Source: Candidatus Iainarchaeum sp. (GTDB lineage: Archaea > Iainarchaeota > Iainarchaeia > Iainarchaeales > JAGVWC01). Taken from it: 64,000 nt of DNA. How positions within the stretch are numbered: position 1 is the stretch's first letter; each line of letters starts with the position of its first letter. The notes below the pieces were generated by a model that was given only the letters and a program-made list of their open reading frames with translations, searched no databases and was not told the origin of the DNA. Shown here in pieces: positions 18,803-28,421 of the stretch. The position numbers and the translations under genes were made by a program. Location: assembly GCA_018304465.1 (NCBI GenBank), contig JAGVWC010000010.1, forward strand, positions 192,001-256,000. Direction: 5' to 3'.

Positions 18803-19663
18803 TCAGTTATTGGTGGGAAAACGCGTTTTCCGAACCTGGACCGGCGCGGGAACAACCCATTTTTCGCGGATACGACGCACGGATTCACGGCGAAAACGCG
18901 GTTCGGCTCCATGCCGGTCACGAAACTGGTCAATAATCCAAATCCGCGTGATCCGATCCCCCTTCACGTTCGCGATAATATTAGAGGGAATAAAATCAGG
19001 CGTCGGATATTCCAGCCCCGCTTGCGTGAACAAATGAATCCACTGGTTACTGCCAAGCGAAATCTGCCGGCCTAACGCCGAAATCGCAACCTTAACCGCC
19101 TCGAAGTGAGAAGGCGTCAACTTGTCCGCGACCACGAGGCGTTCACCCGACAAATCGCGCATCACCAAAAAAGGACCTTTGATCGTGATGGCTTCCGGAA
19201 TCCGAATTTCAAAATCCGCTTTGGGAAGACGACCCGTACTGGACAAGTATTTCATCATCAAATTAAGGCTATACAAAGTACGCGCCTGGTTTTGCGGATT
19301 GCTTCGAGCGCCTTTCTTGAATTTTTTCACGGCAAGCGAATTCCATTTGATTCCGCTGGAAGAAACAAACGGTTCTTTTGGAACAAATCTTCGCACTTCT
19401 CCTTCCCCGCGACCGCCAAGTCGCGGTAAACGGGAAAAAAATCGAGTCGTAAAAAAACCAGGAAAATCTTGCTCTAATGTTTGCCGGTTCTTGACCCAAC
19501 GCGCTTCCCGGCCCACCCAATCCGCCGCCGGAACAGGCGCCAAACCCCGACCCAATCGAGAACCCAAACCTTTCGGACGCCGGTTTTGGATTGCCGCACG
19601 CACTTCTTTTGGTCGACGATGCCACGGCGCCGGCTTTGCATGGGAATCGTATCGTTTACGCAT
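18803..19663 (-). CDS. Basic protein with protein-kinase-like fold motifs
   Basis: LGGRGEGEV (Gly loop), LAVKKF, DFIPSNII (DxxxxN), WIIDQ. Arg-rich termini. Confidence 0.6.
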   Translation of the reverse strand: MRKRYDSHAKPAPWHRRPKEVRAAIQNRRPKGLGSRLGRGLAPVPAADWVGREARWVKNRQTLEQDFPGFFTTRFFSRLPRLGGRGEGEVRRFVPKEPFVSSSGIKWNSLAVKKFKKGARSNPQNQARTLYSLNLMMKYLSSTGRLPKADFEIRIPEAITIKGPFLVMRDLSGERLVVADKLTPSHFEAVKVAISALGRQISLGSNQWIHLFTQAGLEYPTPDFIPSNIIANVKGDRITRIWIIDQFRDRHGAEPRFRRESVRRIREKWVVPAPVQVRKTRFPTNN

Positions 19664-20198
19664 GTTCCAACGCCTTCCGCTGTTCGTCCAAAATCATGTC
19701 CAACGCATCCAAAAGTTTCAGAATCTGGTCGCGTCGGTTGATTGCGGTTTCAAAATCAAGATCCAATTCCAGTTTCTTGTTCACGTGCACGATCAGGTTT
19801 CGAAGCGAACTGGCCGCCTTCAAATCCTCCTTGAAATCGCTTCGCGAGGAATACAACGATTGAAGCGAAAACAACACGGGGTCATCGACTAAAACGCGGA
19901 TATAATCATTCAAGTGTTTTTCGTTCAGTTCCCTCACCGGGTTATGCGACCATTCCTGCACCCGATACAACCGGGATTCAAGTTCGGTTAACAACACGAA
20001 AAAAATAATGCGCAGCGGGCGCTTTAATACCATATGGCGCTTCACGATTCTTGCATCCGGCAACACTAAACAATCCGAATCCGAAAACAAGGTCAGCGCG
20101 TCCCACACGGGAAGCGAATCCGGCACGTTCATGCATCGGTCTTTGGGATGCGAATGACCCGGTTTTGCGACCAACGACACGGGAAGAACCGAAGACAT
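19656..20198 (-). CDS. Hypothetical protein with HEPN-like RxxxxH motif
   Basis: LTELESRL...LRNLIVH in a helical C-terminal domain. Confidence 0.55.
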   Translation of the reverse strand: MSSVLPVSLVAKPGHSHPKDRCMNVPDSLPVWDALTLFSDSDCLVLPDARIVKRHMVLKRPLRIIFFVLLTELESRLYRVQEWSHNPVRELNEKHLNDYIRVLVDDPVLFSLQSLYSSRSDFKEDLKAASSLRNLIVHVNKKLELDLDFETAINRRDQILKLLDALDMILDEQRKALEHA

Positions 20199-20380
20199 AT
20201 TGCTTAAAAAAACCTTGAACTCGGGTCCGCGCATGAAACATACCAGTGAACCAAAACACGTAAAAAAACCACCTAACCCTAAAAAAAGGAAAAACGACCC
20301 GGGCCCCACAGGCAAATACAGCGCTGACGAAAAAAACATCTTTTTTTAAAGGTATGAATTTCATACTTATATGTGGTTCA

Positions 20381-20638
20381 GTGAGTGAAGTAGCAATTAC
20401 AACCATTTCAGAACGCGGACAAGTCGTCATACCCAAAGAAATCCGAGATGAACTGGGCCTGACTAAAAATTCAGGAGTTGCAATGAAAACCGTGGACGGA
20501 AAGCTGGTGGTGACAAAAATAAAACTTTCAGACAAAGATTTCGAACTAAAAGAATCTTTCATTAAAAAAATGAAGAAACGAGAAAAAACAAAAGGAATTC
20601 CGATAGATAGCTTCGCCAAACGCTATGGACTTGAATAA
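20381..20638 (+). CDS. AbrB/MazE/SpoVT-family antitoxin
   Basis: TTISERGQVVIPKEIRDELGL. Confidence 0.88.
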   Translation: MSEVAITTISERGQVVIPKEIRDELGLTKNSGVAMKTVDGKLVVTKIKLSDKDFELKESFIKKMKKREKTKGIPIDSFAKRYGLE

Positions 20639-20911
20639 ATGTATCGCCTCATTGTTTTACCCGTAGTTGATCGAATATTTAAAAAACTGGCAAAAAAAGA
20701 CCCCAATCAGCTTCGTGCAGTCGACAAAAAAATAAAACAAATATTACAAAACCCACCGCTTGGAAAGCCGCTTCACTTTCCGTTACAAAACATGCGCCGG
20801 GCCCATATTCAAAAGTCATTTGTTTTACTTTACGATATTCAAGAAAAAGAAAAAACAATCACGATTCGAGATTATGACCATCACGATAACGTGTATAAAA
20901 ATAAGAATTAG
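20639..20911 (+). CDS. RelE/YafQ-family mRNA interferase toxin
   Basis: KQILQNP..GKPL...LQNMRRAHI..SFVLLY...DYDHHDNVY; directly abuts the antitoxin. Confidence 0.88.
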   Translation: MYRLIVLPVVDRIFKKLAKKDPNQLRAVDKKIKQILQNPPLGKPLHFPLQNMRRAHIQKSFVLLYDIQEKEKTITIRDYDHHDNVYKNKN

Positions 20912-20981
20912 CCTCCGGTGGGATTTGAACCCACGACCCCATGCTTACGAAGCACGTATTCTGCCGCTGAACTACGGAGGC
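20910..20981 (-). tRNA. tRNA-Thr(CGT)
   Basis: GCCTCCG acceptor, CGTGC-TTCGTAA-GCATG anticodon arm, GTTCAAATC T-loop. Confidence 0.95.
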
Positions 20982-21075
20982 CGAAAAAAGCTGTTTTTAC
21001 CATTTAAACGATTACGTTTGTAACAAAACTGCACGCTAAATCGTTAAAAAAACCACCGGTTTTAACGAATCGATT

Positions 21076-22041
21076 TTATCGCAAAAACCGCCGAAAACGC
21101 CCAAAATCCTTGGGATACTCTTCGCACAATTTTTGCAATTCCCGGTCCCGCACAAAAACAAAGGGTTTGTCCTTGTAAAAATTCCAATAATCCGAAAGCA
21201 GTCCTTTGCGCCCAAGGTAATGCAACGTCAAGCCCTGCGCAATGTCATGCGAAAACATTTCCCCTACTTCGTGCTCGGCAATCGCCCGCCGAAACCGCGC
21301 TGGAAGCACAGCCGGATCCGAATTCAGCCACAATACCCCGTGAATATACTTTCCCAACGCCGGCAGCTTGGCGCCTTCTTTTGGCGGAAGCGATTTCGAA
21401 TCCACCAAATACACCGGCACTCCCCGATGCAAAAAAACCTGGCGACCCGCGTTTCGGTTTTTTTCGATTTCCGAAATCGGAACCGGCTCCGGACTCGATT
21501 CAAGATAAAAAAGCTCCGGACGCGTCACCCGCTTTGCGTTCTCGGGAAAAAACCGATCCAACAAACCCGCCAGGTAACGAAACCCTTTTCGCTTGACGAG
21601 TTCGACCGCGGCGGCTTCGCGCACACTGCGATGCGAATCAAACACCGCGTGCTCAATCGTCCGAAGTGGAACACGCGTGGGTGAACGCGTCAAATACCGG
21701 ATCAGTTCAAAACGGTTTTGATGAACATCGTCGGTTCGAACCCGCTCGGATAACAATTTGGAATAACCCCGCGGACGCACCAAGGACAACACATCATAGG
21801 CGTGAGATCGCCAATCCGAATCCGGACTATTCGCGGCCCGAAACAACGCCCGTGTCACATCGTTTCTCCGCGCGATTTTCAAATAACGGGCGGTCGAAGC
21901 CTCGGACAAATAACGGTCAAAAAAAAGTTTTTTCAACGCGACCCGTTGCCGGACGTTTCGGATTCCCCCAAAAATATCCGAATGATCCGAAAACACCTGT
22001 TTGGCGGAAGGTTTTCGAAAATGCCAATGAAGCTGCGCCAT
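21076..22041 (-). CDS. HEAT-repeat-like hypothetical protein with C-terminal HExxE motif
   Basis: DSDWRSHAYDVL, DSHRSVREAAAVEL; IAEHEVGE; Arg-rich C-terminus. Confidence 0.6.
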   Translation of the reverse strand: MAQLHWHFRKPSAKQVFSDHSDIFGGIRNVRQRVALKKLFFDRYLSEASTARYLKIARRNDVTRALFRAANSPDSDWRSHAYDVLSLVRPRGYSKLLSERVRTDDVHQNRFELIRYLTRSPTRVPLRTIEHAVFDSHRSVREAAAVELVKRKGFRYLAGLLDRFFPENAKRVTRPELFYLESSPEPVPISEIEKNRNAGRQVFLHRGVPVYLVDSKSLPPKEGAKLPALGKYIHGVLWLNSDPAVLPARFRRAIAEHEVGEMFSHDIAQGLTLHYLGRKGLLSDYWNFYKDKPFVFVRDRELQKLCEEYPKDFGRFRRFLR

Positions 22042-22122
22042 TCCAAAAAAAGGGTTTTCCATTGTATTTAAAGCCTTACTTTGCACAAAAATCATTAGTA
22101 TAACAAAAAAAATGGGTCCGGA

Positions 22123-23619
22123 ATGAAACCAACCAAAAACGATTTTTCCCTTGAACTAGCCGCATACTTGTCCGAAAAAGACTTTGTCTACGGACCCGAA
22201 CCCGAATTATACGGCGGCATCGCGGGATTTTATACCTACGGACCGCTTGGAAAACGATTGAAAAACAACATTGAAACCGTCATTCGCAAAGCGTTTAACG
22301 TCAACGGTTTTTTTGAAATCGAATACCCCTTAATTGCGCCCGCCGCGGTGTGGAAAGCCTCGGGTCATTTGGCCAATTTTTCGGACCCGACCATCGAATG
22401 CTCCAAATGCAACTCCAGTTTTCGCGCGGACAAACTCGTCGAAGAAGCCACGGGAACCAGCGACGCGGGCCACTTGACCGACGAACAACTCGTCAACCAG
22501 ATCCGCGAACACGACCTCAAATGCTTAAACTGCAAAGGACGCTTTAACCTCGAAATCAAACGATACTCCTTGATGCTCAAAACCACGATCGGATCCGACA
22601 TCGAAGCGTATAACCGACCCGAAACCGCGACCACGACCTACTTGCCGTTCAAACATTACCTGAATTTTTTCCGAAACCGTTTGCCCTTCACGGTGTTCCA
22701 AATCGGAAAAGCGTTTCGAAACGAAATTTCTCCGCGCCAACACTTGCTTCGCATGCGCGAATTCACCCAAGCCGAAAGCCAATTCTTTATCGCGCCCGAA
22801 TCCAAACACACGTGGGAAAAATTCTCCAAAATCGAAAACGAAACACTACCGTTTTGGACCGAAGACGCCCAAAAAAAAGGTCAACCCCTTCAAATAATCA
22901 AACTCAAAGACGCGTTGGCCAAAAAAATCCTCAAAAACAAGGCCTACGCGTGGAACCTGTGGTTATCGTATCACATTTTCACGGAAATGGGAATACCCGT
23001 CCAAAAAATCCGGTTACGCCAGCATTATTCGGATGAACGCGCGTTTTACTCCGACGACACCTGGGACCTGGAAGTCGAACTCAACGCGTTTGGCTGGACC
23101 GAACTTGCCGGAATATCCGACCGAACCGATTACGACCTCAAACAACACGCCAAACACTCCAACCAAAAACTCGTGGCACGCTCGCCTGAAAACGTGGAAT
23201 TCGTTCCGCACGTCATCGAAATCGCGTTCGGAGTCGACCGACCCGTATTCGCGTTATGCGACTTGTTTTATTCCAAACGCGAACAAGACGAAAAAAGAAC
23301 CATTCTCGCGTTTCCACCCAAAATGGCTCCGATTCAAGTCGCGGTTTTTCCCCTGGTGAAGAAAGACGGTTTGGATGACAAAGCCGAACAACTCTACCGA
23401 TCGCTTGAAAACCAGTTCCTATGCTATTTTGATGATTCCGGAAGCATCGGAAAACGATACTCCCGCATGGACGCCGTTGGAACCCCGTACTGCATTACCA
23501 TCGACTACGATTCCATGCAACACCAGGACGTTACGGTCCGCGAACGCGATTCCATGAAACAAGAACGCGTCAAACTATCCGAACTCGAAAAATACTTATT
23601 TCAAAGGCTGCAAAAATGA
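22123..23619 (+). CDS. glyS: Glycine--tRNA ligase (archaeal/eukaryotic type)
   Basis: YTYGPLG, RPETA, QIGKAFRNEISPR..LLRMREFTQAE, GSIGKRYSRMDAVGTP. Confidence 0.96.
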   Translation: MKPTKNDFSLELAAYLSEKDFVYGPEPELYGGIAGFYTYGPLGKRLKNNIETVIRKAFNVNGFFEIEYPLIAPAAVWKASGHLANFSDPTIECSKCNSSFRADKLVEEATGTSDAGHLTDEQLVNQIREHDLKCLNCKGRFNLEIKRYSLMLKTTIGSDIEAYNRPETATTTYLPFKHYLNFFRNRLPFTVFQIGKAFRNEISPRQHLLRMREFTQAESQFFIAPESKHTWEKFSKIENETLPFWTEDAQKKGQPLQIIKLKDALAKKILKNKAYAWNLWLSYHIFTEMGIPVQKIRLRQHYSDERAFYSDDTWDLEVELNAFGWTELAGISDRTDYDLKQHAKHSNQKLVARSPENVEFVPHVIEIAFGVDRPVFALCDLFYSKREQDEKRTILAFPPKMAPIQVAVFPLVKKDGLDDKAEQLYRSLENQFLCYFDDSGSIGKRYSRMDAVGTPYCITIDYDSMQHQDVTVRERDSMKQERVKLSELEKYLFQRLQK

Positions 23620-24995
23620 CGGACTTTTTAGAACTGAGAAAAAAACTCCTCGAACGCACCAAAAAACAAGTGCAAATCGAATTCGGAGAAAACGAAATCC
23701 ACTTGATCCGCGCCAGCAACGCGTTATCCGATCTGGAAGCCGTATACAACCTGCTGTACGAACACACCAAAGAATGGTATCACTATCACTTTCCCGAACT
23801 CGAAGGCCTTTTGGACGATCCTGCGTTGTACCTAAAACTCGTGTACGAACTCGGTGAACGATCGAAAATGACCGACGACGCGGTCGCCAAAATCGAAACC
23901 GACATTGAAAAAGCCAAAACCATCGCCCAAAAAGCGGTTTTTTCCATCGGAGCCGACATTCCCGACGAAACACTCGCCGAAATCCGGCTCATCGCGCTCA
24001 ACGCATTAAATATCAAACAAGAAATGGACGCATTGGAAAAACTCCTTGAAAAACAACTCAAACAAATCGCCCCCAACTTCTCGATCATCGCCGGCACCCA
24101 AATCGCGGGCCGCATGATCAGCCACACCGGAAGCATCCAAAAACTCGCGATGCTACCCGCGTCCTCCATTCAAGTGCTTGGCGCCGAAAAAGCCTTGTTT
24201 CGATTCTTAAAAAACCGAAAAAACCTTCCGCCCAAACACGGTTACTTGTTCGCCCACGGATTCGTCCGACAATTACCCGCCGAAAAACGCGGTCGCATGG
24301 CGCGCACGCTTGCAAGCAAACTCTCGATCGCGATTCGAACCGATTACTACAACAAAAACGAAAACGTCGCCGGAAAAATCCAAGAACAACTCGCTCGCCG
24401 CGTCGAAGAACTCAAAAACGCGAAAACCAAAAACAAACCCATCCGAAAATTCGACGCGCCACGACCAATGTTCCAGCGACCCGAACGATTCCAACCCCGC
24501 GATTCGAATGAACGAAAAGAAAGATACCCACCCAAAAGCGATTATCGTCCCAAAGGCAATTATCCGCCGAAAAGAGACTACAAACCCCGCGAAAATTACA
24601 GACCCGCAGGCGAATACAAACCCAGAGACAATTTCACCCCAAACACCGATTACAAACCCCGCGGAAATTTTTCACCCAACACGGATTACAAACCCAAAGG
24701 AGACTACAAACCCAAAAGCGACTACAAACCGCGGAACAAACCATTCCAAAAAGACCGATTTCGACCCCAACGCTCGGGTCGACGCGAAGAAAAACGGGAT
24801 TTCGGAACACAACCCGTCGAAAAAAAGTTTTCCTCGTTTACCGTAGAAAAATCCACGTTCCAACCCTTGCCACCCGGACAAGCCCCCAAATTCCGAAAAT
24901 TTAACCAGCCGCGCAGCAAATTCTCAACCCGAAACCGATCCGAAGCCGGGTCGCAAGGACGCCCCAACAAATTCAGAAAGAGAAAATCCAGATGA
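23616..24995 (+). CDS. nop5: Box C/D sRNP protein Nop5 (Nop56/58) with long low-complexity C-terminal tail
   Basis: EWY.YHFPEL, APN, LPASSIQVLGAEKALF, PKHG, GRMARTLASK. Confidence 0.92.
   Translation: MTDFLELRKKLLERTKKQVQIEFGENEIHLIRASNALSDLEAVYNLLYEHTKEWYHYHFPELEGLLDDPALYLKLVYELGERSKMTDDAVAKIETDIEKAKTIAQKAVFSIGADIPDETLAEIRLIALNALNIKQEMDALEKLLEKQLKQIAPNFSIIAGTQIAGRMISHTGSIQKLAMLPASSIQVLGAEKALFRFLKNRKNLPPKHGYLFAHGFVRQLPAEKRGRMARTLASKLSIAIRTDYYNKNENVAGKIQEQLARRVEELKNAKTKNKPIRKFDAPRPMFQRPERFQPRDSNERKERYPPKSDYRPKGNYPPKRDYKPRENYRPAGEYKPRDNFTPNTDYKPRGNFSPNTDYKPKGDYKPKSDYKPRNKPFQKDRFRPQRSGRREEKRDFGTQPVEKKFSSFTVEKSTFQPLPPGQAPKFRKFNQPRSKFSTRNRSEAGSQGRPNKFRKRKSR
24525..24738 (+). repeat. Coding hexapeptide (18-nt) tandem repeats, (D/N)YKP(K/R)x, in the Nop5 tail
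   Basis: YPPKSDYRPKGNYPPKRDYKPRENYRPAGEYKPRDNFTPNTDYKPRGNFSPNTDYKPKGDYKPKSDYKPR; recurrent GA(T/C)TACAAACCC. Confidence 0.85.
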
Positions 24996-25651
24996 AAACG
25001 CTTTTTCCAGGGGTGTTTGAACACCAACGAAAACTCTGGACCCAAAACCTGGTTCCCGGCAAACAAGTCTACGGCGAAGAACTCCAAACCATCGACGGCA
25101 ACGAATACCGCAACTGGACTCCGATGAAAAGCAAACTCGCCGCCGCCATCAAAAACGGCTTGACGACGTTTCCATTCGCCCCCAAAACCCACGTGCTGTA
25201 TCTGGGCAGCGCCGAAGGCACGACCTTATCCCATTTGTCCGACATACTCCAAGGCACCGGCGTCCTCATCGGAATCGACGTATCCGCACGCACCGTTCCC
25301 AAACTCATCCAGATATCCGAACAACGCCCCCACTTAATCCCCATTCTTGCGGACGCCGAACACCCGGCCGAATACCCCGCTGAAATCCGCGAAATCACGT
25401 TTGACGTGTTGTTTCAGGACATCGCGCAAAAAAACCAAACCGAAATATTTCTCGCCAATGTACCCTTGCTCAAAACCAACGGCTATGGACTCCTGGTGAT
25501 CAAAGCCCCCAGTATTGACAGCCAACAACCCACGGAAACCGTCATCCAAGAACAAGTCCAAAAACTCGAAAAACACGTAAAAGTCCTCCAAATCGTGTCT
25601 TTGGAACCATTTGAGAAAAAACACGCGTTAATTCTCTGCCAAAAAAATTAA
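24992..25651 (+). CDS. flpA: Fibrillarin-like rRNA/tRNA 2'-O-methyltransferase
   Basis: VYGE, EYRNW.P..SKLAAAI, VLYLGSAEGTT.SH, FQDIAQKNQ, LEPFEKKH. Confidence 0.95.
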   Translation: MKTLFPGVFEHQRKLWTQNLVPGKQVYGEELQTIDGNEYRNWTPMKSKLAAAIKNGLTTFPFAPKTHVLYLGSAEGTTLSHLSDILQGTGVLIGIDVSARTVPKLIQISEQRPHLIPILADAEHPAEYPAEIREITFDVLFQDIAQKNQTEIFLANVPLLKTNGYGLLVIKAPSIDSQQPTETVIQEQVQKLEKHVKVLQIVSLEPFEKKHALILCQKN

Positions 25652-25672
25652 AAACCACCAAACCCTACAATA

Positions 25673-26266
25673 ATGCACCACAGGGAAAAAAACATGCGAA
25701 AAGAAATTCACCGGCAATTCATTCACTTCGTAGGCGGAAACCTCGCGATCGGAGTCCTCTCCGCTACCCTGTTGCTAGGCATTGAAAAATGGATCCTGGT
25801 CGCCGTGCTCATTGCCGCCTTCATGATCGGATACCTGCTGGCCAAACGCGTTCAAAAAGGCCACAAAGTCACGATCATCCATGACCTCATCAAACACGTC
25901 GAACGCGAAGAAGAAAAAAAAGATTTTCCCGCAAAACCCGCTTTTTTGCTTTTGGCCGGAATCATCTTCACCATCGCGTTATTTGACCCGCTTCCCGCCA
26001 TCATCGGAATCGTAGTGCTCACATACGGAGACACCGTCGCGACACTCATCGGAAAATACAGCGGAAAAATCGAACTCATTTCCAACCGCACGCTCGAAGG
26101 AACCGTCGCCGGCATCATCGCCGCAACCATTCCCTTATTGTTTTTGCTTGATCCCTCCAAAGCCATCGGAATCGCCATCGTCGGAATGCTCGCCGAATAC
26201 CTTCCCATAGACGACAACATCGGAATCCCGCTGGTCGGAGCACTCGCTGCCAAACTATTAATCTAA
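25673..26266 (+). CDS. Dolichol/phytol kinase-like (CTP-dependent) membrane protein
   Basis: RQFIH, GDTVATLIGK..G, RTLEGTVAG, IDDNIGIP. Confidence 0.85.
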   Translation: MHHREKNMRKEIHRQFIHFVGGNLAIGVLSATLLLGIEKWILVAVLIAAFMIGYLLAKRVQKGHKVTIIHDLIKHVEREEEKKDFPAKPAFLLLAGIIFTIALFDPLPAIIGIVVLTYGDTVATLIGKYSGKIELISNRTLEGTVAGIIAATIPLLFLLDPSKAIGIAIVGMLAEYLPIDDNIGIPLVGALAAKLLI

Positions 26267-26268
26267 AA

Positions 26269-26766
26269 ATGATTTTCATGACATCCGAACAACTCTATAC
26301 GGATCAGCTGGGGCACGAACACCCGATTCCCGACTACCTCACTCCGAAAAAAAGGGTTTCCTGCTACGCCGCCATCATCTCGAACAACAAACTCTTGCTG
26401 GTTCGCCAGCAATGGGATCACAAACTCGTGTTTCCCGGCGGAAAAATAGACGACGAAGAAACCGTAAAAGACGCGCTTTTCCGCGAAGTCCGCGAAGAAG
26501 CCGGACACGAACTCGCTTCGTTTTCCACCATCCCGTTCTATGTCAAAAACAACCATTTCTTCGAACTCGACCACAAAGACTATTTCGAATCCACCATGCA
26601 ATACTACTTCGGCCAAATCACCCACGCCAAAAACGCGACCCCAAAAGACGTAAACGAAATCGAATCTATCGAATGGAAACCGATCGAAGAAATCAAAGAA
26701 GAACAAATCAGCCAAAGCCAACGCGAAGCCTACGTGGCCCTCAAACAGCATTTAAAAAACAAATAA
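26269..26766 (+). CDS. NUDIX hydrolase
   Basis: PGGKIDDEETVKDALFREVREEAG. Confidence 0.9.
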   Translation: MIFMTSEQLYTDQLGHEHPIPDYLTPKKRVSCYAAIISNNKLLLVRQQWDHKLVFPGGKIDDEETVKDALFREVREEAGHELASFSTIPFYVKNNHFFELDHKDYFESTMQYYFGQITHAKNATPKDVNEIESIEWKPIEEIKEEQISQSQREAYVALKQHLKNK

Positions 26767-26781
26767 GCAACGAATTCTTAC

Positions 26782-26908
26782 GGACCCGTAGCGAAGAGGA
26801 TATCGCAGCGCTCTCCTACAGCTTTTTGTCTTGGGACAAAAACCTGGGAAAAAAAATCCCGGAATTGGAGTCAGGCGCAGGTCGTGGGTTCAAATCCCAC
26901 CGGGTCCG
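26782..26908 (+). tRNA. tRNA-Arg(CCT) with 54-nt intron (26819-26872)
   Basis: GGACCCG/CGGGTCC acceptor; GCGCT-CTCCTA|A-GGCGC; CTCC/GGAG central BHB helix. Confidence 0.9.
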
Positions 26909-27012
26909 AAACAACCTCCCTCGTGACAACAGGGATTGCACAGGAAATCGCCGTTTAGAGGCACTGAATAAGCTTTAATTCTTGAGAATGCCAAGGCCTA
27001 TGGAGAAAGAAA

Positions 27013-27756
27013 ATGTCAAGGAACGCACGACGAATCCGCAGACAAAAAGCGCTTGAAGCACGCGGTTCTTTTAACGCAAACAAACCAGTCAGGAGTGTTA
27101 CTCCGAAAGAAGCCGCTCTTCGTGCCTTGAACGAAAGCAACTTGGATTTTGAAAAAGCGATTGAAAAAATCGCCAAAAAAAGGGCTGTCCGTCGCAAGCA
27201 GCTTTCGCGAGTCCCAGCAACGGCCATAAGCAAATTCAGGGACGTTATCGAGTACGAGCGCGCTACGATCGCATTGGAACAGCAAGCGATCTGGGAGCTT
27301 GAACGGCTAAGGAAAATGGCCCCGGATTCGTGGATCAGAAGCGCAAGACAATTGTACAACCGCGATTTAATCAAATCAGTGCAGATTGATGAATCCCCGT
27401 TGGAAACCGCGGCTGTCCTGTTAACTATTTCAGCCGTTTCCCGCAAAGGAGATGCGAATAGCCTGACTAGCGGCTTACGAGCAAGCCGGTTACCCCCAAG
27501 CGCAACAACAAGTCTAAAGAATGCGATCGCCCTTGCAAGAGCAGGACCCTCATTAATCCGAACAAAAATTGCGGACGCGCAAAAAAAGCGCGCGAACAAA
27601 AAAGACCTTGAAGTTCTTGAGCGCTTATTGCAACACGCTGAAAGGACAGCAAAAATACTCGAAGAAATCGACTCAAAACCACCCGCAGAAAAAGAACGAC
27701 GAGTAACTGAACTCTTGAAAAAATTCAATCGGTGGGTTATGCCGAATCCAAAATAG
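27013..27756 (+). CDS. Basic helical hypothetical protein
   Basis: 247 aa, Arg-rich N-terminus MSRNARRIRRQK, TATA-like TTTAAT upstream. Confidence 0.6.
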   Translation: MSRNARRIRRQKALEARGSFNANKPVRSVTPKEAALRALNESNLDFEKAIEKIAKKRAVRRKQLSRVPATAISKFRDVIEYERATIALEQQAIWELERLRKMAPDSWIRSARQLYNRDLIKSVQIDESPLETAAVLLTISAVSRKGDANSLTSGLRASRLPPSATTSLKNAIALARAGPSLIRTKIADAQKKRANKKDLEVLERLLQHAERTAKILEEIDSKPPAEKERRVTELLKKFNRWVMPNPK

Positions 27757-27786
27757 TGCGCACAACGCCAAAAGCCAGCAAACGGT

Positions 27787-28140
27787 TCAGCTTCGCTTGT
27801 ACCCGAATTTCCGTTCGTAATCCTTGTGCGGGACCCATTCGAGCAGGATGGAAATTATTTCAATTTCGTTTCCTTTAATGGTGTAGAGCAGCCGCCAGCC
27901 GTTAGGCAAATCGTATTTGCGAAGATTATCGATGCGATACTTCCGGATGTACTCTTTTGGCCATTGGTTTGATGGCACCCGAATTCCGCACAAGGGGTTT
28001 TGCGTGAGATCCGCAACGGCTCTTTTCAAAAACGCGCCCAATTGTTGCTCTTCGGACTTTCCTTTTTCAAGCCCGTCAAAAGCCGCCTTCAAGGAAGGAT
28101 CGACAAAAGCCACGCGCTTTATCCGCTCTTTTGGAGTCAC
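27787..28140 (-). CDS. RelE-like toxin
   Basis: LTQNPLCG...YRIDNLRKYDLPNGWRLLYTI...HKDYERKFGY; coupled to the upstream gene. Confidence 0.75.
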   Translation of the reverse strand: MTPKERIKRVAFVDPSLKAAFDGLEKGKSEEQQLGAFLKRAVADLTQNPLCGIRVPSNQWPKEYIRKYRIDNLRKYDLPNGWRLLYTIKGNEIEIISILLEWVPHKDYERKFGYKRS

Positions 28141-28421
28141 TTGACCACAAGCCCTTTTTTCTTAAGCCGTTCGACATCTCTTGGCGCCCAAATCCAAATC
28201 GGATGCTTTTCTTCATCAATCAGGATTTTTCCGCTGTATTCCAGATAATCCAAAGCCGCCAGGAACGTTTGCCACATCACCTGTTTTGGAAGTTTCTGCC
28301 AAAGTTTTCTAACGGTAAAATCTCCCTTCGCATCCAGTATGGCCTTTTCAATCATCAAAACAGTGTCCAAGCGGGGAAACCGTAAAACTTCGCCCCTAAA
28401 AATCTGCATCTGATCCGACAT
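28137..28421 (-). CDS. wHTH putative antitoxin
   Basis: PRLDTVLMIE...LWQKLPKQVMWQTF...LDYLEYSGKI; 4-nt overlap with the toxin. Confidence 0.72.
   Translation of the reverse strand: MSDQMQIFRGEVLRFPRLDTVLMIEKAILDAKGDFTVRKLWQKLPKQVMWQTFLAALDYLEYSGKILIDEEKHPIWIWAPRDVERLKKKGLVVK

Noticed and set aside
24525-24738. CRISPR array or non-coding tandem repeat
   Set aside because: The repeats are in-frame degenerate 18-nt coding units without spacers. No cas genes or CRISPR repeats were seen in the window.
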